From NCBI RefSeq assembly GCF_026571515.1, contig NW_026860356.1, positions 124,001 to 188,000 on the forward strand: a stretch of 64,000 nt of DNA, written 5' to 3'. This DNA is from Ruditapes philippinarum (taxonomy: Eukaryota). A program made the translations under genes and the position numbers. Each line of letters starts with the position of its first letter. Position 1 is the stretch's first letter. Below the pieces are notes generated by a model. It was not told the origin of the DNA. It saw only the letters and a program-made list of their open reading frames with translations, and searched no databases. This document shows, piece after piece, positions 1 to 13,300 of the stretch.

Positions 1-1002
1 GTAGTCAGCAGTTAAATTGCGAAATATGAAGCCCGTTTAAAAATTAGAAATTCTCACTTTCGGAAAGTTTTGCCATCACATTGCGGAATCTACTTAATTT
101 CCATATAAGGTAGTTTAATAAACAAAGGGCAATGAGTGGGCGAACAAGTCATTCAGTTTCAGCTGGTGCAAGCGATTCAAAAACGGCGAAAACAGGATCA
201 CAGACAAACAGGGGCGATGAAGAAAGCGGCGAATGGTCAGGAATTTTGTACCGTCAATTAAAAAGAACTAGAAGGGGATGGCCATTATGAAAGTTTGCGA
301 GCTCTCCGTCATGTTTAATTTCTGCATCGGGTCTACATATTCTATTCTAAACAATTAAGTTTAAACAATATTTTATTTTATTCATCAGGATATATGAGTA
401 TTTACAATAAATAAATATAGTTACTATTTGTATTACATGTTTTTGATTGATAATAAATGGTAGACGGTGTTCAGTAGATTTACCGCATATAATAATTGTT
501 TATAAAATATTTTTCTTTACTAATAATTTTGTTAAAAGATTGGATGATGGTGATTTTAAGCTTACACTATAAAATCATCAATAAAATCAACTTGATTACA
601 TTGTCTGTTAAGAGTTGAGATAACTAAAAAAATGTGACAAAGAGGTCTCAGACCCTAAGACCGAAAATGGAGCGAAAATGTGACCGCTTCCTTTCTCGCA
701 TAACAAACAGAAAAAAATGGTTACGGTTATAAGAGACGGATATACGGAACACTCGAAATGTACTTTTGCGCTCAATGTCGCTGATGACATATTTAATTTT
801 AAATTTTGACGTCACGAACGTCATTTTTGTTTATCATGAGCGTGCACTGAGTCGCGTACCCCTTGGTATTTGTAATATTTACGGAAAAGTTATGTGTTAA
901 CAAATTGTATTGATTTGTACACTATATATTTAGTACATATTCCAATAATTGTCGCTTGTAAAATCGTGTACGCAAATTGAAAGATAAAAACAGTAGAGCT
1001 GC

Positions 1003-1032
1003 AGTCAACGAATTTTTTGTACAGCCCTCGTA
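1003..1032. mobile_element. Terminal inverted repeat of a mariner-type (MITE-like) element
   Basis: ...TTTTTTGTACAGCCCTCG-TA, a mariner-like end with TA; partner end not seen in the window. Confidence 0.45.
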
Positions 1033-1199
1033 CATTATTGTAGCTCACGTCTATTGAACATTGCATGTTTTTTCATTCAGAGGATTTAAATCAAGTCATA
1101 TCAATTCATTTTTAATATCACGGATGCTAACGACGTATGCCGAATTTAGATACACATTTAAATTTTCTTGTTTCATTTAAGAAATATAAATAACGTTAC

Positions 1200-1379
1200 C
1201 AATAACTCTTTGGCCAGATTCAAAATAGCCTTTGCGCCACCACTTCTCGCACGATGATTCATCGTCAGTCGTGCAATCACTTTCATCACTACCATCTTCA
1301 CAGTCACGCACTTTGTCACAAACCAGTTTATTATCTATACATCTATCACCATCACAGTGAAAAGAATCCCGACATTCCA
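1200..1379 (-). CDS. Exon, LDLa module + fibrinogen-like N-terminal motif
   Basis: [30 protein letters not shown], then [14 protein letters not shown]; gtaacg donor, so the gene continues. Confidence 0.9.
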
Positions 1380-4300
1380 CTTTAAAAAGGGAAAATGACT
1401 TGTTATATAATAAGCAATCCTTTAGTATATTTGTACATGTGCTGAAGCAAAAGAATGCGTTATGTGTACGCCGCAATGCATATGAGTTTAAAGAATGTGA
1501 ATAAATTTCGTTCGGAATGATGAAAGTGCAAAACGTTTAACTTACAACATTCAATTTCATCACTACCATCTATACAGTGCGGGATAGAGTCGCATCTTTT
1601 ACTGTCCTGTATACACTGTTTATTACCACAAACATATTCATTGAGACCGCAGTTTCGAAGTTCTGCAAAGTAACAAAGGAACCTAATACTATTTAAACAA
1701 GCATTTATCATAGTGTTGCAAGTAATCCATAAGTCCTCTACAGGTTAGAACCCAAGCATCATTCTGATGGGCCATTGGTCATTGAATTATGCCATAAAAT
1801 GAATGACATACAATAATGAGCTTAAATCTTTTGAGCTCTTAGTTTGTCTGTAATGTGTTACGTTTTCCTGCCTAATAATGAAATTATGTTTATACAAACA
1901 AATAATTAGCGGATCCAATTTTCTCAGGATGAATGTTTCAACTTTTCTCTATTTTAAGTAAATTTGTTGGAAAAATTCTGACTTAAAAGAGACCTCGGGA
2001 AACAGTTTTAAGGGACGACAGAGACACGAACATACGGACTTTCTGACGGTTATCTTTATGGACGCTAGATTTAAAACACTTGTCATAGTAGTATGATGTT
2101 GGATTTTTAAGTAAATGCTATAAAAATGAGGAAGTTTTAGTAAAAAATAGTTTCTAGAACAAAGTTTCAAGGGGGAGTAAATTCTGGAATTAGTTAAGCT
2201 AGAGTATTGAGACTTCTCCCAAATGATATGAGTGACACAATAAGACACATACATATGAAGTTTGAAGTAGATACATGAAGAAATAAAGAAATTATAAAAG
2301 AAACATCATTATTTTTCATGAAAATTGTCAGTTCAAGGGGCTAATTCTGATATTTTTATGATGTGATTGATAATCAGATTATTTGAAGTAAATACCTTAA
2401 GAAATAAAGAACTTCTAATGAAAAAGCATAAAAACTTGAAGATATCGCCGAAAGTTAGCGTGAAGGATAGTTTTCAATATTGTCCAAACATTTGCCATGG
2501 CAAATTGAAAAAAAAATAGAGATTGTACCCGTACCTATATTTTAAGTTTAATAAAAATATGTTCAGTATTTGTTGCGTTATCACGGGATCCAGTCTATGT
2601 GTATATTTGCCATATTTAAAAGCTTTTTGTTGCCAAAGCAAAAAAGACTAAAATAAATCCAAAATAGGAAGATAAAAAAGTTCATAATCTCCAGACTGCC
2701 ATCTACCCATATTTCAAGTTTAAATAGAAATATTTTCAGTACTTTTTGCATTATCAATGGATTTACTATATGTGTGAAATCAGCCACATTTTCAGTTTAT
2801 TTTTTCCATGGCAACACCATAGTTTTCAACTTAGGAAGAAAAGAACAAGACGTGCATAATTTCTAGACTGCAATTTATCCACATATCAAATTTCTTGCAA
2901 ATATTTTCAGCACTTTTTGCGTTATCGTGGGGTCCAGTTTTGTGGACAGACGGATGGTAAACCTTTTTTCCGGTAAACTCGGTAGGGGACTAATGAAAGT
3001 GTTAAATATAAAGTTATATACATGTATGAATATTTACATTCAGATTTCTCCAGAGAGTGAGTCGTTATTCAAATATATTTCATGAAACATAACTTTGTTC
3101 GATTGTCCCAGCACACTATTTGTTTCTTTTCAAAAAATCCTTGTGTTTCATAGCATTGTCTTTAAAACGTCACCAATTTTTATTTTATAAGCAATCATCT
3201 TAACATATAATACAATAAAAATTATTAAATAAATAAGGTAATTATAATTTTTAACGTTTCAACTAAACTCCTTTTAATTTTAACTACCTGCTTCATCGCA
3301 TTTATATTTCGTGTTATTTTGACACACTCGCACTCAATTAAAAATGATTCTTTTACAAATTTAATAATTTCATATTCTTACAAATGATAATCATGCATTG
3401 GACCAACCACATTTTTAACAATGTGACAATTTAATTTGTTTGAGACATGTTTTATCATAAAATATCGTACCACAAAATTCATCCTCTGCATTTGTGCAAT
3501 CTGGTTTGAAATCGCAGACCTGACCTAGTTTTATACAGCTTCCATCAGCACAAGCAAATTCGTTCGCATTGCAGTCTAGCGTAATGATTGAATGATTACA
3601 TATTAGTTAAGAAACAAAAAAAAACCAAACAAACAAAACCAAAAAATAACAACATTCAAATACTAGTTATGATTATTGAATATCGTGCACTATCTCCTTT
3701 TCAATAAAATACTAAGCTATGTATTGCATATACTATGCAATAAAATTGCAGCTACTAATAAAAGTTTGAACATTTGAAAAGGTTATATATCGTATTTTTT
3801 GTGGGGTAAAGACAAAAGTTTTAAGTGAGTCTTGATAGGCATATTTTCAATCATTCTTTTCCTATGAGAATTTTAGAATACAATTTTTGTCACTTTATGT
3901 CAGATGTACCGCTTCCCTAGAACAGATCGGATAGGAAAATCTTGGTACACACGGTATGTATCCGGATCATAAGAGCTTGATGATATGCAAGGCTCTGATG
4001 ATGAAAACAGACTCGAAGTCTCAAGGATAGTTCAAACATTGAATGCTGTCCTTTTTTCTTTTTTTCATCCCGTTTTTTTACTGACATTTTTCGAAGCGAA
4101 CATAAGCAACATGAACTTGTTTTTGATTTTTGCAGAGAGCAAAAAGATGCAAAAGCGAGAAGGATACTTGCTGGCTGAATTGAAATTGAAAAGTTAAGAG
4201 GTGGATTAAACTGAATAATTATGATTTTTTTAATATAGCCTTCAAGAAAATATATTAATAAATGATTTTTAATCAATTCTTATCTTGTTCTCAACCTTTT

Positions 4301-7300
4301 GGCTGTCGTCTGTACGTGCAGAAGTAGAGTTCATTCCATTCATGAACCAATTGAAAGAAAAAAGCAAATCATAAGGTGGGGATTCACATGTGTAAAAGTT
4401 CTTTGCTTGTAAACTTCCGGTTTAAATTTCAAGCTGAATCAATTTCGAATTGAAATTTAAACGGGACATGAAGTATATTGGATAACAAACTTTATACATG
4501 ATAGTTTAAAAATCAACATAAGAAATAATGCCGTAAATCAAAAACCACTGAGGCCCCATAAAATGCATAATGAAATGTTATAATGTACATATTAGCCTGT
4601 GTATTCTGTTTGGACGCCCTTCATAATATTTAGGTAGTCCTCTTTTCACATGCAGAATTGCAACACTTGTGGTAACCAATGTATTAAGAGACCTTGTTTA
4701 TAATATATAGACTACCCCCTCGCATTTTATTAGATGTAAAATGAATTGACTCGACTCCTTACAAAACGAAATAACCTGTGCCTTAAAGTATATTTACTTG
4801 ATAGATAGAATGAGTGAAAGAAATAACAGCTGAAACAAAATGAATATATCATAAAAAATTTCCTATATAATTATATATTTAAGTATGATCATGGTTTTAG
4901 ATAGGTCCCACGTAATTTATGCATATTTAGAGTTCACACATCTAGCCATCTTTTTATAAATAAGATCCTAAATATATATAAATGGGAAGGTGGATACTTT
5001 TAGAAAGATTAACAAAATGCGTCTAAGAGACTCTGAACATAACGATAAAAAGCTATCCTAGTCATTACCCAAAGACTTTCAAATGTAGCCAGCTTTTATC
5101 TTCGCTAAAGCCATCGATTATCCATCTCACATAGAGAAAATTTAAAATAAAGTAGTTTTACAGAACAGTTTTACCATAACGTGATTGTTAAATAACCAAT
5201 GAACTACTTTGTGGATTCAAAATTTCCACATTCTCTAGTTATTTTTACCATGATGCCGAGGCTTTCTGCAAAAATCCATGGCAGTTTTATTTTGCTAATA
5301 TTTGATACGAAAAATGTCAATCATAAACGAGATGAAAATCAGGTTAGTCCGCGACACAAAACATGATGCCCCTTTGAGGATCCCTTTCTTTATCCCAACT
5401 ATCACGGTTATCTCGGTAATTCATGTGAAAACTATGAACAGCCTAACTAAGACAAGAAGGCAAGGATGAGGAACGGAAAGGACAAAATCCATCTTGCGCA
5501 GAACGCTTTGGAAATAAAACCGGGCAGACAATATAGTATAACATAGCATTAGATGCTTTATACTTTTTAACTTTATGCTACTGTTCATGCAAACTCTAAA
5601 TAGTACTTTATTGCATATATGTCCTGAGTCTGAGTATAAATATAGAAAATACATGGTTGATGTCGGGATGGAGAAAGTTTATCCGGTGTTGGCGAGCTTT
5701 CGCAGCGAGCCGGATAAACCTTCTCCATCCAAACATCAACCATGTATTTGATTTATCCTGCTTTTTATCATGTTTTTAGAATTTAGACGTGTTCATATGG
5801 CGGTTATCATGGAATCTTCAATGTGACACTAAGTGCCATTCCATGAAAAGCGGCAAATGGTCCCCAAGTAAAAAAAATGCGTGTGCCCTAAACGAGAAAA
5901 CAATGGGCGGAACTAATTAAAAGGGAATTTTGAAAAGATATCAGAGGTTATGAAGCATATGCTATTTTATCGGGGAAAAAGAAGAATTAAACTATTTAAT
6001 TATTCTAAAAACATGATAAAAAGCAGGATAAAGATACTATAGTAGTTTAACAAATATTTCTAATATATAAAAAGTCATGAACAAGTTAAAAAAAGGTGAT
6101 TTAATAAATAAATCGAGTATCTCATCTATTAGGTTAACTCAAGGTATTCAAGTGAACATAAAAAACGTTACTGGTATCTAAAACTGTTTAGCCATAACCT
6201 TCTATTTCAACGCGATAACGTCAATTCTTCAAATGTTTAACTCACAATGCTTCCACTTTATCATTCTAAACTTATTAAAAAATAAACTATCTACAGAATA
6301 GACAAATTAAAATAGTACAATAAAAAGCCTTTGTCACCTGTACTTTGTCGTATACAATCGATTTCATCAGATGCATCTAAACAGTCTATTACAGTATCAC
6401 ATTTTGCAGCCATTGAAATCCATTCCTTACTACCACATTGATAATAGTTTCCTCCTTCATCGACCGATACGTTTAGAATAGTGGAGCTTAATTCAACGTC
6501 TCCTGCAAGCTCGTGATCTAAATAGTACAGAAAATATTAGTGTTACTATAAAGAAATTGGATGACACTTTTTTTCTCTACTATCCCAAAGTTTCATCGTA
6601 AAACAAGTGTCGTAAAATAGCTTCTATGCCAGTATTACTTATTATTGTAAAATAGATAAATACAAAATCCCTAAAGAAAGCCCAACACGGCAAAATTGAA
6701 AATGTTGCAGGCTCGGTTTGATTGAGCCTGTTCATGGACGGTACTGGAAAGTGCAAATTACCGTCCACGCCCCCTAGCACCGGCTTAAGCAGAATTCAAC
6801 ATTTAAACGTGAAATAGTAAAATTTTGAATTTAGAAACATCCGCAGATGTGTTCATACGGCGGTTATCATGGACATCCATGGACAGAATTCTTCAACAAA
6901 GTCGAGCATATCACGAAACTTAACAATATGCATAAGCGTACCTATTGTCAAAGGGTTTTGTATTTTTTTGCACGCGAAGTTACGCTTAGAATGTTTATGC
7001 ACGCCCACAAAAAGCCGGGCGATAAACAGACATCTACATATCATCTTTTTCCTTTTTGAAAAGCTGGTTAAAATCATTTATTTAGTCCATATTACGGGAA
7101 TGTGTATGACTCGCCAATACAGTTGTAAGGATATCTTTTATGTATATCTGTTATAGTGTTATTATTTTATATTGATGAATTATACAATATATTATATCGT
7201 AAATATATATAATTAACTGAAATATCAAAATAATTATCTCCTTTTTCTTATATAAGATTGCTAAAAAGTTAAACCATGTCTGAAGAATATTTTCGTATGC

Positions 7301-10300
7301 CGTTTTGGACGTTTATTTGGATCTCCTTTTCTATTTCTATTTTAACACACAATATTAGTCCTCTTAAATATTATGCACGGCTAATTTTATTCACTTTACA
7401 TGTATTTAGTACATAATATATTAATTACACTATCTTTTTAAATATAACTGAAGCATGACATTATATAAATAGAAATGTGTCGTCACGCCACGGATGCCCC
7501 CGGATGCAGCAAAAACTTCAGATATTATAATATTTAGTTCCAAATTTGTTTGCACAAGTTATTTTTTTTCATTTTAAGTTCAAAGCCCTTAAAACTATTC
7601 AATGTAAACACAAACCATTTTTAAACAAAGTTCAAGGCACTGAAACTATTCAGTGTTAACCTTTTGTAAATTACATATTGCATATTTGTAGCCAAAATAA
7701 TAATAGCTATATACATTATCACAAAAGTATGAGTGCTGAAACTGAAAATTCCAATTTTTTTTTAACATTCAAGAAAGATAACTTTGTCCAAAATCATTCT
7801 AAAGATGTATCTATATGTCAAATTTGAGTTGAATGTGTACAACCATTGGGGAGATAATGACCGGATAATTAAAATTTAAAAATTTCAAGAGGGATAACTC
7901 TGTCAGCTATCATCAAACCATGACCAAATTGGAAGTCGACCAAATCATTCTTATGACATATCCATATGGTGATGTTTCTGTGGAAGGAAAGATAGCCGTT
8001 GTTCTAACCTAGAGGGAAACTCCGACCTGTGGGTGCCTTGATAGAATAATTTCAGATAAACTATAAAGAGCTTGTTTTAAGAAGAAAAATTATTTATTTT
8101 ATTAAGATATCCAAGGATGTGTAGTAAGATGAAGTAGAAAATTATCAAAAAATAATTCAAATTTGAGTTGAATGTGTAATACCCTAGAGGAGATAATGAA
8201 CGGAAACTGAAAATTTCACATTTTTTTCAAAATATAACTCTGTCAAAAATAATCGAACCATGACCAAATTCGAACTTGAACTGCGCATTCCTTTGACATA
8301 TCCATTTGTCAAATTTGAGTTGAAATTGTAACACTGTTGGGAAGATAATGAACAGAAACTGAAAATTTCAAATTATTTTAAAAGTAAAAGGGGCATAACT
8401 CTGCCATAAATCATTGAACCATGACCAAATTCGAACTTGGCCTGCGCATTCCTTTAACGTATCCATATGTCAAATTTGACGCCGGAACCCGGTATAGCAA
8501 AAACTAGTATTTTCTTGGTGTGATAAAAAGCGAAGAAGAACAAGCAAATTCGTTGAAATTTATAGCCCCCGCCGAGTACTGGATATTATTAACACAACAA
8601 CTGAAGACATAAGGCTTTATTTATATATTAATCATGGCATAAACAGTAATATTCTTTGAACTTGATACATATTCAGGGCAATAACAGAGCCATAACTTTG
8701 TGTTAAATAGTAAAATCTGGAAATGCCAATGAGATGTATGCATACTACATAACTAATGAAGGGCCATAAATCTGAGTTATAAGTATCTGACTGGAACAAG
8801 GCGACTAGTAAAATCTGGAAATGCCAATGAGATGTATGCATACTACATAACTAATCAAGGGCCATAAATTTGAGTTATAAGTATCTGACAGGAACAAGGC
8901 GACTATATGCACATCTCCTCTTAGTATCCCATAAAGTTTCATTAAATTCCAGCCAGTAGTAGCAGAGAAGCAGCGAGGAAACAAATATTTTTCTATATGG
9001 ATACTGCATAACTAATCAAGGGCCATAACTCTGAGTTAAAGTGTCTGACCGGAACAAGCCGACGATATGCGCATCTCCTCTTGGTATTGAAGGTTCCCAT
9101 AAAGATTCGTTGAATTCCAGCCAGTAGTTGCAGAGAAGTAGTGCGGAAACGATTTTTACTCCATATGCATACTACATAACTAATCAAGGGCCATTACTCT
9201 GAGTTAAAGTGTCTGACCGGAACAAGCCGGCGATATGCGCATCTCCTCTTGATATTGATGATTCCCATAAAGTTTCGTTGAATTCCAGCCAGTAGTTGCA
9301 GAGAAGTAGTGCGGAAACGATTTTTACTCCATATGCATACTACATAACTAATCAAGGGCCATTACTCTGAGTTAAAGTGTCTGACCGGAACAAGCCGACG
9401 ATATGCGCATCTCCTCTTGATATTGATGATTCCCATAAAGTTTCGTTGAATTCCAGCCAGTAGTTGCAGAGAACTACTCCGGAAACGATTTTTACTCCAT
9501 ATGCATATTGAATAACTAATCAAGGGCCATAACTCTGAGTTAAAGTGTGTCTGACCAGAACAAGCCGACGATATACACATCTCCTCTTGGTATTGAAGGT
9601 TCCCATAAAGTGTCGTTGAATTCCAGCCAGTAGTTGCAGAGAAGTAGCGCGGTAACGATTTTTACTCCATATGCATACTGCATATCTAATCAAAGGCCAT
9701 TACTCTGAGTTAAAGTGTCTGACCGGAACAAGCCGACGACATGCGCATCTCCTCTTGGTATTGATGATTCCCATAAAGTTTCGTTGAATTCCAGTCAGTA
9801 GTTGCAGAGAAGTAGTGCGGAAACGATTTTTACTCTATATGCATACTACATAACTAATCAAGGGCCATAACTCTGAGTTAAAGTGTCTGGCCGGAACAAG
9901 CCGACGATATGCGCATCTCCTCTATATATTGATGATTCCCATAAAGTTTCGTTGAATTCCAGCCAGTAGTTGCAGAGAACTACTCCGGAAACGATTTTTA
10001 CTCCATATGCATATTGCATAACTAATCAAGGGCCATAACTCTGAGTTAAAGTGTGTCTGACCAGAACAAGCCGACGATATGCGCATCTCCTCTTGGTATT
10101 GAAGGTTCCCATAAAGTTTCGTTGAATTCCAGCCAGTAGTTGCAGAGAAGTAGCGCGGTAACGATTTTTACTCCATATGCATACTGCATATCTAATCAAG
10201 GGCCATTACTCTGAGTTAAAGTGTCTGACCGGAACAAGCCGACGACATGCGCATCTCCTCTTTGTATTGATGATTCCCATTAAGTTTCGTTGAATTCCAG

Positions 10301-13300
10301 CCAGTAGTTGCAGAGAAGTAGTGCGGAAACGATTTTTACTCTATATTCATACTACATAACTAATCAAGGGCCATAACTCTGAGTTAAAGTGTCTGGCCGG
10401 AACAAGCCGACGATATGTGCATCTCCTCTTGATATTGATGATTCCCATAAAGTTTCGTTGAATTCCAGCCAGTAGTTGCAGAGAACTTCTCCGGAAACGA
10501 AATTCGGACGGACGGGGACGGACGGACAACGCCAAAACTATATCCCCCTCCCGATTCCATCGGCGGGGGATAAAAAGTATGTGCTGTGCTTCTGTGGAAG
10601 GGAATTAATTATTATGAATACATTAATAATATTCACGTTACAAATAGGAGCTTGTATAAGGAAAAGGTATGTATTAAAATTTGCAAATTTATGGAGATGA
10701 ACGAGTTGTATTGTGTTTAAAGTAACTAAAGTCAAAGTTGGGACAGAGTTAAATATTATGTATAAGTAAAAGTGTATACAGCAATACGAGTTCATTTGAA
10801 TATTTTGAAAAATTTCGGACAAAGAGTGCATTATCAAAGATGGAAAAAGTAAACGTAAACATTAAGGTTATAAAGGGTGTGCGTACACGGTATATTAATG
10901 TACTTGAAAAAGATATTAAAATTGGTTTGGACTAGAGTATAAAACTTACAAGAACAGGTTAGTGAATTTAGAAATAAAATTAAAACTTATGTCTTCTCAC
11001 TTATGTCGAAAAGTTGAGTGCTCAGTCAGAAAAATTAGCTTATGCCTTGCGGGGCTTAGATGACGATACAACTCAAACAATTATCGAAGATGATTCTGCT
11101 TTGACTGAAAGTGCTTTGACATTATCGCATAAGCTGCAGTTGTGTAAAGATGATCTTAAGGCATGAATAAAACGTAGAGAAACTGGACATTCTGTCAGTG
11201 ATAAGGCATTTCAAAGGATGTTTGATTTGCAGATAGAAATGCAACGAGACTTTTTCATTCAACAACAGGAAAAAGGTGAACGACAGTTTGAAATTCAAAC
11301 AAAACTAATGGATAAGCAAATATCACAAAGGAAAGAAACATCAGTCAAACTTTCAAAGCCACACATAGCATCGTTAAATAGAAATCGCTTACTTTGGATT
11401 GAGTTCTGGGACTCCTTTGAAAGTGCCGTTCACAAGAATGAAAGGTTATCTACAATAGATAAGTTTAATTACCTGAAGGAAAATGTTACTGGCGAAGCGA
11501 GAATTGCCATTGCGGGATTGACTCTTTCAAACGAAAATTATCAGGTTGCTATTAAAATACTTAGTGAGCGATTTGGAGACAAAAAAGAAATAATTTATCT
11601 CCACTATAACAGCTTGGCCTGCACATTCCTTTAACGTATCCACATGCCAAATTTGAGTTGATGTGTAATACCGTTGGGGAGAAAATGAACGGAAACTGAA
11701 AGTTTCATATTATTTTCAAAGTAAAAGGGGCATAACTCTGCCAATAATCATCAAACCATGCTTAAATTCGAACTTGACCTGTATTTTCTCATAACATATC
11801 CATATGTAAAGTTTGAGTTGAATGTGTAGTACCGTTTGGGAGATAATGAACGGAAACTGAAAAATTCATATTATTTTCATAGTGAAAGGGGCATAACTCT
11901 GCCAAAAATTATCGAACCATGATCAAATTCGAATTTGACCTGTATTTTCTCATGACATATCCATATGTCAAGTTTGAGTTGAATGTGTAATACCGTTGGG
12001 GAGATAATGAACGGAAACTGAAAATTTCATATTATTTTTTAAGTAAAAGGGGCATAACTCTGCCAAAAATCATCGAATCATGACCAAATTCCAAGTTGAC
12101 CTGTATTTTCTCATGACATATCTATATGCCAAATTTGACGGGAGGACGGAAGGACGGAACAGGGTAACACTATATACCACAGCCATTATATGGTGGGGGG
12201 CACAAAAATACTAAATTATAGCGTAGTTCCTACCTTCCAATGTGCAATTAACTTCGTCAGTTTTGTCTTCACAATGGAACGTTTTATCACATTTATTTAC
12301 CCATGGTATACGGCGACTGGTAGAGCTGCATACAAAAAAAACATCAGGAATGGCCATGGTCATGGAATCAGAACCAGAGGGTCCTCCTCGGCTCCTTGCC
12401 ACTGGCTCTTGTTGCTGGGTCGGGTGGGGGCTGCGTTCATTGAGCGCCGCCTTTCCTTGATGATCTTGTTTATCATATACTATATTGGGGGGAAAAGTTC
12501 TTGTTGAGTAAACATGTGTAAAATAAAGTTACTGATTAATGTGAAGAAAACACAACCCGATAAAAATGGTTTTGATTCAAAAGAAATGTACATGAAAATC
12601 ACAGACTCGAGATTGAGTTTTAATATGTATAACAAAATCTTCCAAATAAAATGGGTAAAATAGAAATAAAATGGAAACGTGATTTTCATTGTTGATTGTT
12701 ACTGAAATTTAAGCCAAAATCAAACTCATTTTAAACACCATTTAACAACAACAAAGGCGTACGTGAAAAGAAACATGGCTCCCAAGTCGACACGCTGTCA
12801 TTCACGTAACAACCCATTATTCCAGAGCGATAAGGGTCTTGACATAATGTAGAATTCTTCTTTAAGACTTCTTTTCGTCTGTCAAATGTTTTATTGAAAT
12901 GTATCAAAGCATTGTTCGTTAGATTACTCCAATTCTGGCACAACTTCCCGGAGTAGGAGTAATTTATTTTTGTTTTATTTCCTTCAGACAAAGTATTACA
13001 CTTGCTTTTCTTTGAGGCAACTGAAAATGAAAATGTTACAATATATTTATTTAAAAATCAGGTACGCCATGTCAAATTTGTACTTTTACTACAAATAGCA
13101 AATAGAGTGTTTTTAATTACTTCTGAAACAATATATACCAAAACATGTTTATAATATGCTTCCTTCATACTCAAACATATAAACAAAATAGGAACAATAA
13201 CCTATTTCGAAACGATAATGAAAGAGTTACATGTGTATAATAAAATTTTCAATGAAATTTATGTGATTTGCTGAAATACATTCAAATGTTCAAATGCGAA

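Larger units (their letters stand above)
7468..12209 (+). mobile_element. Helitron-like HINE with ~160-bp tandem units, interrupted by nested insertions
   Basis: 5' end shared with the 22892 copy (TAGAAATGTGTCG..CACGGATGCCCCCG); units at 7700-8480 and 11611-12140; GGAC microsatellite and G-rich 3' end. Confidence 0.75.

Noticed and set aside
8632-10700. Repeated short ORFs ([10 protein letters not shown]...)
   Set aside because: They are translations of the 168-bp satellite.
12190-12507. Plus-strand ORFs
   Set aside because: Antisense shadows of the LDLa exon.
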